From an uncultured Clostridia bacterium (GTDB lineage: Bacteria > Bacillota > Clostridia > Christensenellales > UBA3700): DNA of 64,000 nucleotides. A program made the position numbers and the translations under genes. The DNA lies in NCBI GenBank assembly GCA_944380395.1, contig CALWHM010000005.1, forward strand, positions 217 through 64,216, in the 5' to 3' direction. Position 1 is the stretch's first letter. Each line of letters begins with the position of its first letter. This document shows positions 9,831 through 20,401 of the stretch, piece by piece. Below the pieces are notes generated by a model. It saw only the letters and a program-made list of their open reading frames with translations, ran no database searches and had not been told where the DNA came from.

Positions 9831-11516
9831 ATGGATTACAAAAAACTTTTGGCAGACATAGTGATAATAGAAGGGATAGAGAGTGAGGAGATAGTCGCTC
9901 AAATCGTTCCGTCCAAGGACAGCGCGCACGGCGATTATGCGCTGCCGTGCTTCCGCATAGCCAAGCAGGCGGGGAAAAATCCCGCTGAACTTGCAAAAGA
10001 GGTGGTAGGCAGGATAGGCTGTTATAATTTTTTGGAAAAGGCGGAAGCGGTGGGTCCGTTCGTGAATTTCACGCTCAATAAGCAGGCTTACGCCAAGGAT
10101 GTGCTGGAAAAAGTTCTGTCCGCGGGCGAATATTACGGAAACAGCGATATCGGCAGAGGTAAGACGGTGTGCATAGACTATTCTTCCGTGAATATAGCCA
10201 AGCCCTTCCACATCGGGCATTTGCTGAACACGGTGCTGGGAGCGGCGCTTTATCGCTTACACAAAAAGGCGGGCTACCACACGGTGGGCATAAACCATTT
10301 GGGCGATTGGGGCACGCAGTTCGGCAAACTCATTGTGGCATACAAACTTTGGGGCGACGACAAGGATATAGAAAAGCGCGGCGTGCGTTCGCTTGTGGAT
10401 ATATATGTCAAATTTCACAAGGAAGCGGAGAAAGACCCCAAGCTGGACGACGAAGCTCGCGCTTGGTTTAAGAAGATAGAAGACGGGGACAAGGAAGCTT
10501 TGGACATATTCAACCGCTTCAAAACTTCCACTTTGGAAGAGGTGGAGAAGATATACAAACGCCTTAACGTCACGTTCGATTCTTATGCCGGGGAGAGCTT
10601 TTACAACGATAAAATGCAGCCCGTGCTCGATCTGCTTACGCAAAAAGGTCTGCTGGTGGACGATGACGGTGCGAAAGTGGTGCGCCTTGGCGACGATATG
10701 CCGCCCTGCCTTTTGGTGCGTTCGGACGGCGCCACTTTGTACGCCACGCGCGACCTTGCGGCGGCGTTCTATCGCAAAAAGACGTATAACTTCAATAAGT
10801 GCCTTTATGTGGTGGCAAGTCAGCAAAACCTGCACTTCAGGCAGTGGTTCAAGGTGCTGGAACTTGCGGGAGAGGAATGGTATAAAGATCTTTTCCACGT
10901 GGCGCACGGTATGGTGTCTTTGGAGGAAGGCTCGCTTTCCACGCGCAGCGGCAATGTGGTGTACTTGGACGACGTGCTCAATATGGCTGTGAGCAAGAGC
11001 AGGGAGATAATCAATGAAAAATCGCAAGACCTGCCCGATCCCGACAAAGTCGCGGAGGAGATAGGCGTGGGCGCCGTCATCTTCGGAGTGCTTTACAACA
11101 ACAGGATAAAGGATATGACGTTCAGTTATTCTCGCGCGCTCAACTTTGACGGGGAAACGGGACCTTACGTGCAGTACACGCAGGCGCGCTGCCGCTCGCT
11201 TTTGGAAAAGTGCGACTATCCCGACTGCGATCCCGACTATTCGGGCGTGCAGGGCGAAGAGGCGGGAGAAGTGCTCAAACTTCTCGATTCCTATCCCGAC
11301 GTGATACTCTCCGCCGTGGAAAAGTACGAACCTTGCTACCTGAGCCGCTTCTTGGTGGACCTTTCGCAGGCTTTCGGCAAATTCTACCTTGCCTGCAACA
11401 TAGCAAAAGCTCCCGACGCCGTCCGCAAATCAAGACTTATGCTGGTCAAAGCCGTTCAGGGCGTGCTCGTGGACGGACTTTCCCTGCTGGGTATAAAAGC
11501 GCCCGAGAAAATGTAA
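9831..11516 (+). CDS. argS: Arginine-tRNA ligase
   Basis: DYSSVNIAKPFHIGH, NHLGDWGTQFG, GETGPYVQY, ends PEKM. Confidence 0.98.
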   Translation: MDYKKLLADIVIIEGIESEEIVAQIVPSKDSAHGDYALPCFRIAKQAGKNPAELAKEVVGRIGCYNFLEKAEAVGPFVNFTLNKQAYAKDVLEKVLSAGEYYGNSDIGRGKTVCIDYSSVNIAKPFHIGHLLNTVLGAALYRLHKKAGYHTVGINHLGDWGTQFGKLIVAYKLWGDDKDIEKRGVRSLVDIYVKFHKEAEKDPKLDDEARAWFKKIEDGDKEALDIFNRFKTSTLEEVEKIYKRLNVTFDSYAGESFYNDKMQPVLDLLTQKGLLVDDDGAKVVRLGDDMPPCLLVRSDGATLYATRDLAAAFYRKKTYNFNKCLYVVASQQNLHFRQWFKVLELAGEEWYKDLFHVAHGMVSLEEGSLSTRSGNVVYLDDVLNMAVSKSREIINEKSQDLPDPDKVAEEIGVGAVIFGVLYNNRIKDMTFSYSRALNFDGETGPYVQYTQARCRSLLEKCDYPDCDPDYSGVQGEEAGEVLKLLDSYPDVILSAVEKYEPCYLSRFLVDLSQAFGKFYLACNIAKAPDAVRKSRLMLVKAVQGVLVDGLSLLGIKAPEKM

Positions 11517-11544
11517 GCGGAGCAAACGCAAAAAAATCAACTTC

Positions 11545-11569
11545 GGCGGAGTTCGGCTCCGCCTTTTTT
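11545..11569 (+). terminator. Intrinsic terminator after argS
   Basis: GGCGGAGT-TCG-GCTCCGCC followed by T6. Confidence 0.8.
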
Positions 11570-11703
11570 ATGCCAAACACAAACAAAATAAAAAATTTTT
11601 AAAAAAATTTTTGAATGTGTCTTTTTTTGTCAGTAATAATATGTTATGATATAAACGATGGCATAAAACGGATAGGTTGACCGCGTTGAGCTATCGAACG
11701 GTT

Positions 11704-11800
11704 AAAAAAAATCCGCCTTGCGGCGGGCTTCACAGGCAGAGCCTTGAAGCAGTCAGTTTACCATTTATTTTAACATCACGATGTAGTTTCAAATGGTTAC
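11704..11800 (-). ncRNA. tracrRNA: tracrRNA
   Basis: Anti-repeat at ~11768-11797 (+ strand TTTTAACATCACGATGTAGTTTCAAATGGT versus repeat GTTTTAGAACGATGTAGTTTCATATGGT). Minus strand reads ...GTTAAAATAA..., ends in CCGCC-GCAA-GGCGG + T8, and has a TTGACA-17-TATTCT promoter at 11835-11807. Confidence 0.9.
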
Positions 11801-11828
11801 ATCGAAAGAATAACACAAAACAGGAGGA

Positions 11829-14800
11829 ATGTCAACCCTTATGAGAAAAAAAGATGAAAATTATGCGCTCGGCCTTGATATAGGCTCGAATTCGGTGGGC
11901 TGGGCGGCGACCGGCTACGATTACAACCTGATCAAAGTCAACAAGCAGGACGCTTGGGGCGTAATATTGTTTGAAGACGCGCAAACAGCCAAAACGCGCC
12001 GCACTTTCCGCAGCGCTCGGCGCAGGTTGGAACGCCGCCGTATGAGGATACGGCTGTTGCAAGAGCTTATGGCGGAGGGAATAGAGCCGATAGATCCCGC
12101 ATTTTACATAAGGCTGAAAGAAAGTTCCTATCATATGGGAGAAGGTAAATATTTCCGCGGCAACAGATATAACCTGTTTGACGGGGGAGAATACACCGAC
12201 GTGCAGTATTATTCCGAATATCCCACGGTATATCATTTGAGAAAGAAGCTTGCGGAAAGCAAGGAAAAAGCGGACATACGCCTTGTATATCTTGCCCTTC
12301 ATCACATAATAAAGTACCGCGGACATTTCTTGAACGAAGGGGGAATGGATTCCGCGGGAGGAAGCCCCGAAACCGCCGCGAAGGAATTGTTCGAGCTTTT
12401 GAATGAAAACTACAAAAAAGACTTATTTTATGTGGATAAGGAAGAAGCGTTTGTGCAAGCTGTATTGAACGACAAAGTTTCGCGCAGTATGCGGCAGGAA
12501 AACGCATATAATGTGCTCACATCGGAAAAGAAAGACAAGTTCGTTACGGCTTTAACCAAGGCGGTCGTGGGCTTGAAAGCGAATCTTACCGATCTTTTAT
12601 GCATAGAAGACGAAGAGGACGCCATAAAGGACGAAAACGATAAGCCGGTCAGTATTTGCTTTGCGGACGCAAAATACGAAGAGGAAAAGGAAGACAAGTA
12701 TTATTCGCTGGAAAGAGCGGACATATTGCTGGCGGCGGAAAAGTTATATGCCGCAATAGAGCTGAATACCGTGCTCAGGGGCAAAAAACTGCTGTGCGAC
12801 GCCATGGTGGACAAATTCGTAAAACACGGGCGCGATTTGGGTATATTGCGCAAACTTATTCGCATGGCGGGGGATAAGAAACTTTATAACGGCTTTTTCC
12901 GCGCTGGTAACGGCGCAAGTTACACCGGATATGTCGGGGATAAGCGTTACGGATTTTACGGCGGTAAACCCGACGCGTGCAAAAAGACCACGAAGGACGA
13001 ACTTTACAAGCGCATTCGTGAGATATTGGATAAAAACGTGCCCGACTGTGATGAAAAAGAGTATGTTAAAAAGGAGATGGATAAGGAAGATTTTCTGCCC
13101 CTTATCACATCCAAGGATAACGCATATATCCCGTATCAGCTCAACTTGAAAGAACTTAACGCGATATTGGAAAATCAGGGAAAATTCCACCCCTGCCTTG
13201 CGAAAAATGCGGATAAAATACGCGCACTGCTCACTTTCCGCCGCCCGTATTTCGTGGGTACGTTAAAGGGCGATTTTTCGTGGACGGAAGGCGCGGATAT
13301 TCCCGCGGACAAGCGCATTACGCCTTGGAATTTCTATGAAGTTTTGGGTGAAGACAATCTGGACAAGCTGGCGGAGAATTTTATTTCCCGTATGACCAAC
13401 GACTGTATTTTGATAAAAGGGGAGGACGCGCTGCCGCTCAACTCTATGCTGTATCAAAAATACGTACTGCTCAATGAGATAAACAAGATAAAGGTGTTCG
13501 GGAAAGCCATTTCCGTGGAGTGGAAAAAGGAGATATACGAACTTTGTAAAACCAAAAAGACCGTAAAGAAAAAAGATATAGCCGATAGATTGAAAAGAAA
13601 GTTCAACATGCAGGCAAAAGAGGATGACATTAGCGGTCTTTCAGATGAGAAGAAACTCACCGCAAGCCTTTCCACATACATCGAATTTGTCAATATGTTC
13701 AAAGACAAAGGCGGAGAAGAGTTTGTAAAAGACAATTTCGACGCCATTGAAGAAGTTGTACGAGTGCTCACCATTTTCAACGACGCGGATATTCGCAAAA
13801 AGCGTATAAAGGCAATGAAAGTCTTTGAAGGATATGAGGACAGGCTTGCCAAAAAGAATTATTCCGGTTGGGGCAAATATTCGCGTAAGGCTCTTTACGG
13901 CACGCTGGGCAATACCGGCAAATGCGTGCTGGATATAATGTACGAAACCAACGAACATATAAACGAGGTGCTTTGGAAAGAAGAATACGGCTTTAAGGAG
14001 AAGTTCGTAGATGAAACGGAGCCGATCGAAAAATTCGAGTACGAACAGGTGGACCGTATGCGCATATCGCCAAAGGTCAAGCGTGCCGTATGGAACGCCG
14101 TCAGGTTGGCGGAAGAACTTGCAAAACAGATAGGCAGCGATCCGAAATACATATTCTTGGAAGACACCACGGAAATAGGTGAGAAAAAGCGCACCAAGAG
14201 CAGATACGATAAAGTCTTTGAGTTCTACAAGGCGTTAAAGGACGGCGAATATAAGGACATTATAGACGAAGAAAATATGAAGTACTGCCGAAACGAGCTT
14301 GCAAAGTACAAGGAAAGAAAATCCGCACTGGATGAGGATAAATTATATCTGTGGTTTATTCAATTGGGCAGATCTATGTACAGCGAAACGAAAATCGACA
14401 TAGAAAGGCTGAATGAATGTGAGATAGACCACATAATTCCGCGCAGCCTTATCATGGACAACAGCTTTGAAAACAGGGCGCTTGTTTGGAAAAAGGAAAA
14501 TCAGGAAAAGGGCGACAGAGCGATGTCCGTAGACATAGTGAAAAAGATGCGCCCGTTCTGGAAATTCCTTTACGATAACAGGCTGATAGGCAGTAAGAAA
14601 TTCACCAATCTGCAAAAAACGGAAATAACGGAAAAAGATTTGGCAGGATTTATAAACAGGCAGCTTGTGGAAACGGGTTATACCGTCAGTCTGGTAAAAG
14701 AGCTGCTTATGCGCCGCTTCCCGCAGGCGGATGTGCGCGGAATAAAGCCCAAGCTCAGCTCCACCATTCGCAAGCGTTTTGCTTCCGACCACACTTACTT

Positions 14801-16022
14801 CAACGGAAAAGAAGACGTTACGGAAAAGGGCAAGGCGGGCTTTTATAAGATACGCGGTTTGAATAACTTCCACCACGCCAAGGACGCTTACTTGGCTTGC
14901 GTTGCGGGATTGTTCACCACTTATTCCTGCCCGCTGTGGGGAAACAGCGATTACAATAAGGCGCTCAACTACTTTATAAAAAATCCGGAAAAATCCAAGT
15001 ACAATACCGCCGGCGCGGATAATGCAAATCAGGAAAAGGCAAACAGCAAAACAACCGCCACTTTGATCAATAAGCGCTACGGCTTTATCGTCAACTTGAT
15101 GATGCAAACGGAAAGACCGGATCTTTTCGCCTTGGATGAAGAAAGCGGCGAGTATCTTTGGGATACCGATCGTTTTAACAATATGCTGAACACTATGGCG
15201 CGCAATACCTGCCATGTGGTGAAGAAAAAACAATATATGGCTGCAAGCGATTTTTATGATCAGACAGTGTATAGTCCCGATAGTTCCAAAAAAGGACTTA
15301 TACCGCTTAAAAGCCATAACGGCGAAGATATGCCCACTCAGGTCTACGGCGGATATTCTTCGTTAAGCCCGGCATACTTTATTGCGGTACGGTATATGAA
15401 AAAGGGAAAGGTAAAATACGCCTTCGGCAACGTTCCGGTAAAAGTAGCCATTAACGGTGCCGCCGCGGTGGATAAGTATGTCAAGGAGATGTACGGAGAA
15501 GAAGCCAAAGTGGTTCGTAAGATATATAAGTATCAGCTTATCAACTATGAAGGTCAGTTATGTTATATCTCCGGCACGAAAGAGCAACAGAATGCAACGG
15601 AAATATATGTGGCGCCTAAGTTTGAAGAGCTTTTGTGGCTTGTAGAAAAGGGTAAAGTGGATATCTTATCCGGAAAGCCCGACAAGGACGGAGAAATAAA
15701 GGACTTTAACGGCTTGATAAAGGAGTTTATACCGCACATATGCTTCATAATCAGGAAAAAACTGCCGTTATATGAAAACCTTGCGGACAAGTTGGAGGAA
15801 ATAGAAAGAGAGTATCTTGACGAAATGACAACGGAGGAAAAGGTAAAACTTCTTTCGGATGTGATGAAGGTATGCTGTTCAGGATCAGGCGTTATCAATA
15901 TCGATAAGAAATTTGGTGGAGAGCCGTTTGGAAGATTGTGCAAAACCATAGATCCGGAACAAGTAGAGTGGGTAGATATGTCTTTAACAGGGCTCTATAC
16001 CCGCACCACTAAGGGCGTATAA
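11829..16022 (+). CDS. cas9: Type II-A CRISPR nuclease Cas9 (1397 aa)
   Basis: RuvC-I GLDIGSNSVGWA, bridge helix RRTFRSARRRLERRR, HNH EIDHIIPRS, RuvC-III HHAKDAYL; catalytic residues appear intact. Confidence 0.98.
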   Translation: MSTLMRKKDENYALGLDIGSNSVGWAATGYDYNLIKVNKQDAWGVILFEDAQTAKTRRTFRSARRRLERRRMRIRLLQELMAEGIEPIDPAFYIRLKESSYHMGEGKYFRGNRYNLFDGGEYTDVQYYSEYPTVYHLRKKLAESKEKADIRLVYLALHHIIKYRGHFLNEGGMDSAGGSPETAAKELFELLNENYKKDLFYVDKEEAFVQAVLNDKVSRSMRQENAYNVLTSEKKDKFVTALTKAVVGLKANLTDLLCIEDEEDAIKDENDKPVSICFADAKYEEEKEDKYYSLERADILLAAEKLYAAIELNTVLRGKKLLCDAMVDKFVKHGRDLGILRKLIRMAGDKKLYNGFFRAGNGASYTGYVGDKRYGFYGGKPDACKKTTKDELYKRIREILDKNVPDCDEKEYVKKEMDKEDFLPLITSKDNAYIPYQLNLKELNAILENQGKFHPCLAKNADKIRALLTFRRPYFVGTLKGDFSWTEGADIPADKRITPWNFYEVLGEDNLDKLAENFISRMTNDCILIKGEDALPLNSMLYQKYVLLNEINKIKVFGKAISVEWKKEIYELCKTKKTVKKKDIADRLKRKFNMQAKEDDISGLSDEKKLTASLSTYIEFVNMFKDKGGEEFVKDNFDAIEEVVRVLTIFNDADIRKKRIKAMKVFEGYEDRLAKKNYSGWGKYSRKALYGTLGNTGKCVLDIMYETNEHINEVLWKEEYGFKEKFVDETEPIEKFEYEQVDRMRISPKVKRAVWNAVRLAEELAKQIGSDPKYIFLEDTTEIGEKKRTKSRYDKVFEFYKALKDGEYKDIIDEENMKYCRNELAKYKERKSALDEDKLYLWFIQLGRSMYSETKIDIERLNECEIDHIIPRSLIMDNSFENRALVWKKENQEKGDRAMSVDIVKKMRPFWKFLYDNRLIGSKKFTNLQKTEITEKDLAGFINRQLVETGYTVSLVKELLMRRFPQADVRGIKPKLSSTIRKRFASDHTYFNGKEDVTEKGKAGFYKIRGLNNFHHAKDAYLACVAGLFTTYSCPLWGNSDYNKALNYFIKNPEKSKYNTAGADNANQEKANSKTTATLINKRYGFIVNLMMQTERPDLFALDEESGEYLWDTDRFNNMLNTMARNTCHVVKKKQYMAASDFYDQTVYSPDSSKKGLIPLKSHNGEDMPTQVYGGYSSLSPAYFIAVRYMKKGKVKYAFGNVPVKVAINGAAAVDKYVKEMYGEEAKVVRKIYKYQLINYEGQLCYISGTKEQQNATEIYVAPKFEELLWLVEKGKVDILSGKPDKDGEIKDFNGLIKEFIPHICFIIRKKLPLYENLADKLEEIEREYLDEMTTEEKVKLLSDVMKVCCSGSGVINIDKKFGGEPFGRLCKTIDPEQVEWVDMSLTGLYTRTTKGV

Positions 16023-16891
16023 TGGCTTGGCGCAGCGTGATAATAGAATCGCCCTGCAAAATAAGCGCAGGCGGAAACTATCTGATAGTAAGAGGGGAAG
16101 AATTGAAAAAGATACATCTTTCCGAGATATATTACTTGATGATAGCTTCCCCTGCGGTAAGCATAACGGGCGTCGCGCTGTGCGAACTGTGCAGAAATAA
16201 GGTCAAGGTGATTTTCTGCGATGAAAAGCACGATCCGTACGGGGAGTTTTCCCCGTATTACGGCAGTCACAATTGCTCAAAAAAGATAAGGCAGCAAGCC
16301 GCATGGAGCAAAAACGCTATGAGCGCGGTAAACACGGCGCTTTTGGCAAAGAAAATAGAAAACCAAGCTTCATTGCTTAAAAAGTGCGGCTTTGCCGAAA
16401 GGGCGGAGCAGCTGTACGATTATCTTGCGGAAATGGAACTTGACGACGCCACCAACAGAGAGGGGCTTGCCGCAAAGGTGTACTTTAATACGCTTTTCGG
16501 TATGGGCTTTATCAGGGATGAAAACACTGCCGTCAATGCCGCGCTCAATTACGGCTACAAAGTGCTTCTCTCTTGCGTGAACAGGGAGGTTGCGGCAAAC
16601 GGCTGTTTAACGCAGCTGGGGATAAATCATTGCAACGAATTCAATGAATTCAACTTTTCCTGCGATCTTATGGAACCATTCCGTGTGGTCGTAGATGAAT
16701 GCGTATATTTGAATAAGGGCAGGGAATTGGATAAAGAATACAAACACGAATTGGTCAATTTGCTCAATAAAAGAGTGCGTTTGGAAAGGGAATGCGACTT
16801 GCATGACGCCGTAGGCGTCTGCGTTAAAAGCGCCATAGAAGCGCTTAACGGCAGCACTGGCGAAAAGCTGCGCCTTTATAACTTCGAATGA
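16022..16891 (+). CDS. cas1: CRISPR-associated Cas1
   Basis: NREGLAAKVYF, NAALNYGY, DLMEPFR. Confidence 0.97.
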   Translation: MAWRSVIIESPCKISAGGNYLIVRGEELKKIHLSEIYYLMIASPAVSITGVALCELCRNKVKVIFCDEKHDPYGEFSPYYGSHNCSKKIRQQAAWSKNAMSAVNTALLAKKIENQASLLKKCGFAERAEQLYDYLAEMELDDATNREGLAAKVYFNTLFGMGFIRDENTAVNAALNYGYKVLLSCVNREVAANGCLTQLGINHCNEFNEFNFSCDLMEPFRVVVDECVYLNKGRELDKEYKHELVNLLNKRVRLERECDLHDAVGVCVKSAIEALNGSTGEKLRLYNFE

Positions 16892-17211
16892 GCGGTTACA
16901 GGTATATGAGGACATTGTTGTTTTTTGATTTGCCCACCCTTACGGCGTCCGAAAGAAAGGCAGCGGCGATGTTCAGAAAAGCCCTGTTAAAGGACGGCTT
17001 TTTGATGTTGCAGGAGTCGGTTTATTGCAAATTGTCGCTTAACGGCACGGCGGCGGACAATGTGCGCGAACGGGTAAAAAAGTACCTGCCCAAAGAAGGA
17101 AACGTGATAATGCTCACCATAACGGAAAAACAATTTGAAAATATGGATCTGTGCTTGGGAAAATTGAGCGGCATAATTATGGACAACGATGATAAAATGG
17201 TGATATTATGA
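16888..17211 (+). CDS. cas2: CRISPR-associated Cas2
   Basis: MRTLLFFDLP, FRKALLKDGFLMLQESVY, ITEKQF. Confidence 0.97.
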   Translation: MSGYRYMRTLLFFDLPTLTASERKAAAMFRKALLKDGFLMLQESVYCKLSLNGTAADNVRERVKKYLPKEGNVIMLTITEKQFENMDLCLGKLSGIIMDNDDKMVIL

Positions 17212-17882
17212 TATTGAGGCTGTATAATTGTGAATTTGCGCAAATCGATCTTTCACAATATGTCGCAAGGCTGGAAATAGAGCCTCAAAAAATATTTTGC
17301 AATATGTTGGAGGATTTGGCAACTTCGCCGGAAACGCCTGCCGAACTCTCTGTTTACGAAGGGGAAAAGCGGGTAAAGCAGTCCGACATTTGCGTGATAA
17401 GCGATCTTTGGAATTTTGATATAAACTCCAAACCGTTGCTCACCAAAATATATAAGTACATAGAAAGCGCCGTCTATTCCGATATAGATGAGCGAATGAA
17501 ACTTGACAACTTAATAGCACAAGTAAAAAAATGCGTATTGCAAGCGATATCTTGCGTCAACGCAGACTTTGACGTATGCGAGGAAACGGATATAAAGGAC
17601 GTATTGGCAATGCTAAAAGTTCAGCCTCTTTTTTCACAAGGTACCCTTGCGGAAAAATTGGAAAATTTTACGGATATCTGCCGCGAATTAAAACTTTACA
17701 AGCTGCTGGTTCTGGTGCAGGCGCGAGCCTTTTTGAATGAAGAGGAAAGGGAGCGGCTTTATCGCCGCGCGCTTGCAAATAATGTGGCTTTGATAGTGTT
17801 GGAAAACTTTCCATCCGATATCATTTCCCGTTATGAAAAATGCGTCTATGTTGACAAAGATTATTGCGATATGCTAAAATAA
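17208..17882 (+). CDS. csn2: CRISPR-associated Csn2 (short form)
   Basis: 224 aa, after cas2 and before the array; C-terminal YVDKDYC resembles Csn2 (I/V)DxD. Confidence 0.85.
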   Translation: MILRLYNCEFAQIDLSQYVARLEIEPQKIFCNMLEDLATSPETPAELSVYEGEKRVKQSDICVISDLWNFDINSKPLLTKIYKYIESAVYSDIDERMKLDNLIAQVKKCVLQAISCVNADFDVCEETDIKDVLAMLKVQPLFSQGTLAEKLENFTDICRELKLYKLLVLVQARAFLNEEERERLYRRALANNVALIVLENFPSDIISRYEKCVYVDKDYCDMLK

Positions 17883-17944
17883 AGTCTGCCATATAGGGAC
17901 CGCGGTCTCACAAACCGTCATCGACCTATACTCATGAATTTGAG
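17851..17944 (+). promoter_or_regulatory. CRISPR leader with promoter and leader-anchoring sequence
   Basis: TTGACA (17851) and TGnTAAAAT (17872-17880); ATTTGAG (17938-17944) directly before repeat 1, matching a known II-A leader-anchoring motif. Confidence 0.7.
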
Positions 17945-19960
17945 GTTTTAGAACGATGTAGTTTCATATGGTAGCAAAATTGGACGGAAAAGTCAATCGA
18001 CGAGATAAAGGTTTTAGAACGATGTAGTTTCATATGGTAGCAAAATTCAACGTCACAATGGTTGAGTGCAACATCGGTTTTAGAACGATGTAGTTTCATA
18101 TGGTAGCAAAATCAACGTCGTTCATATTCCCTGTGCAGATATGTTTTAGAACGATGTAGTTTCATATGGTAGCAAAATTTCTCCGATATACAAGAAGTGG
18201 CATTACGTGTTTTAGAACGATGTAGTTTCATATGGTAGCAAAATACGTTTTTTATTATGTTTAACCCTGGAACGGTTTTAGAACGATGTAGTTTCATATG
18301 GTAGCAAAATCATAAAGCTGGAGCGCGGCAAAAATTATTGGTTTTAGAACGATGTAGTTTCATATGGTAGCAAAATCGAGGTCGCGGAACGGGCGTTGCT
18401 TGATATGTTTTAGAACGATGTAGTTTCATATGGTAGCAAAATGAATGGAAATTTTCTTGTCGAGATATGCGAGTTTTAGAACGATGTAGTTTCATATGGT
18501 AGCAAAATAGTGATTAAGGCTTGACTTCGATTGATTTTGTTTTAGAACGATGTAGTTTCATATGGTAGCAAAATAAACGGAATACTCGTTGCGCCGTGCG
18601 GAAGGTTTTAGAACGATGTAGTTTCATATGGTAGCAAAATGCTCCGCACAAATGCTTACTTTGCAGTCAGGTTTTAGAACGATGTAGTTTCATATGGTAG
18701 CAAAATATAATTTTAATAACACTAGCCGCCCGGCGTGTTTTAGAACGATGTAGTTTCATATGGTAGCAAAATAACGATGGCGGAAAGAGTGAGGATAAAC
18801 AAGTTTTAGAACGATGTAGTTTCATATGGTAGCAAAATTTGAACTGCTTCGCACGAAGACAGTAGTTGGTTTTAGAACGATGTAGTTTCATATGGTAGCA
18901 AAATCATCTACTATTACCAAAACGCGCACCACGAGTTTTAGAACGATGTAGTTTCATATGGTAGCAAAATGTATGGCGAAAAGTTGTTATCGTTTAGAGT
19001 GTTTTAGAACGATGTAGTTTCATATGGTAGCAAAATATATCAAACGCTTCGTTCTTGTACTCATCGGTTTTAGAACGATGTAGTTTCATATGGTAGCAAA
19101 ATGTATGCGTGTGGCGGCAGAGTTGGACGAGAGTTTTAGAACGATGTAGTTTCATATGGTAGCAAAATGCTCCGCATTCCTAATCTGCTGATGCCTACGT
19201 TTTAGAACGATGTAGTTTCATATGGTAGCAAAATATGACGGCACGTATTCGTTCACGCTTCCCAGTTTTAGAACGATGTAGTTTCATATGGTAGCAAAAT
19301 ACAGAAGCATATCAGAAATGGGCTTACGCAGTTTTAGAACGATGTAGTTTCATATGGTAGCAAAATAAGGGTACAACGAGAAAGAAATGTGCATGAGTTT
19401 TAGAACGATGTAGTTTCATATGGTAGCAAAATACGCGAGCGGCAACGTTATCGACACGACGTGTTTTAGAACGATGTAGTTTCATATGGTAGCAAAATAA
19501 CGCATTCGTTGAGTGTCCGACGTGCCACGTTTTAGAACGATGTAGTTTCATATGGTAGCAAAATAAGCAATCACACGATAGAGGCGAGCAACCGGTTTTA
19601 GAACGATGTAGTTTCATATGGTAGCAAAATCATTCGCCTTCAAGCCTGAACCTGAACGACGTTTTAGAACGATGTAGTTTCATATGGTAGCAAAATTATG
19701 TATTTGCGTAAATTTTCGGGCTTCAGGTTTTAGAACGATGTAGTTTCATATGGTAGCAAAATATGCGTTCGCAAACCGCGTCTAGCTGAATGGTTTTAGA
19801 ACGATGTAGTTTCATATGGTAGCAAAATGCGCTGTTTGCTTTTAATTATCTTTTCTTTGTTTTAGAACGATGTAGTTTCATATGGTAGCAAAAATTCTGT
19901 TCCATGCCCGCATAGCGACCAGCGGTTTTAGAACGATGTAGTTTCATATGGTAGCAAAAT
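17945..19960 (+). CRISPR. CRISPR array: 31 repeats of 36 bp (GTTTTAGAACGATGTAGTTTCATATGGTAGCAAAAT) and 30 spacers of 30 bp
   Basis: Strict 66-bp period from 17945 to 19925; repeat 30 ends AAAAA instead of AAAAT. Confidence 0.99.
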
Positions 19961-20180
19961 CTTGACTCGGTTGTGTACATACTTATTGTATATGACGATT
20001 TAGTTTTATACGGCGATTTGCCTTCCCTCGAGTACATAGTATATAGAGTGATGTCGGGTTGTGCGGCGGTAAAATTTTGTGACGGTCGTGTACATAGTTA
20101 TTAGTTGGTTGTTTTGAGAGATTGTTTAGGGGCGAGCTGTTTGACTCTCTCTTGTGTACTGTAATATAGACGGGTAAGCC
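19961..20180 (+). repeat. Degenerate CRISPR trailer units
   Basis: Repeat-like segments at 19987-20022 (19/36 identity) and 20040-20075 (21/36); GTAC motif recurs at 19975, 20032, 20090 and 20156. Confidence 0.6.
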
Positions 20181-20401
20181 TTGGTGTATTTTGCATTGTT
20201 TACGGCAAGTTTTCGCAAGAAATTTACCCCTCCCCTAGGGGAGGGGTATCCCCCTTTGTGCGTTTCTTATATGGCGGAAGGCGTTTTTCGCACTTTCATT
20301 TATGAGTCGGCGTAGTTGATACGTCGGCTTTTTTTATGTCCGAAAGCTGTATTTCGCGGGACACGCCCGCGGCGCTTATAAAAAACCTTAGGAGGCATTA
20401 T

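Noticed and set aside
8739-11027. Long antisense ORFs (493 and 256 aa), and similar ones at 39398-41089, 54482-55513 and 56371-58334
   Set aside because: Shadow frames opposite well-identified genes, expected from codon bias; no motifs.
17945-19960. Self-targeting or duplicated spacers
   Set aside because: By eye I saw no spacer matching this window and no duplicates; two spacers share only a GCTCCGCA start. A BLASTN search is needed to be certain.
18112-20037. Minus-strand ORFs repeating MKLHRSKT
   Set aside because: Translations of the CRISPR repeat (66-bp period is a multiple of 3).
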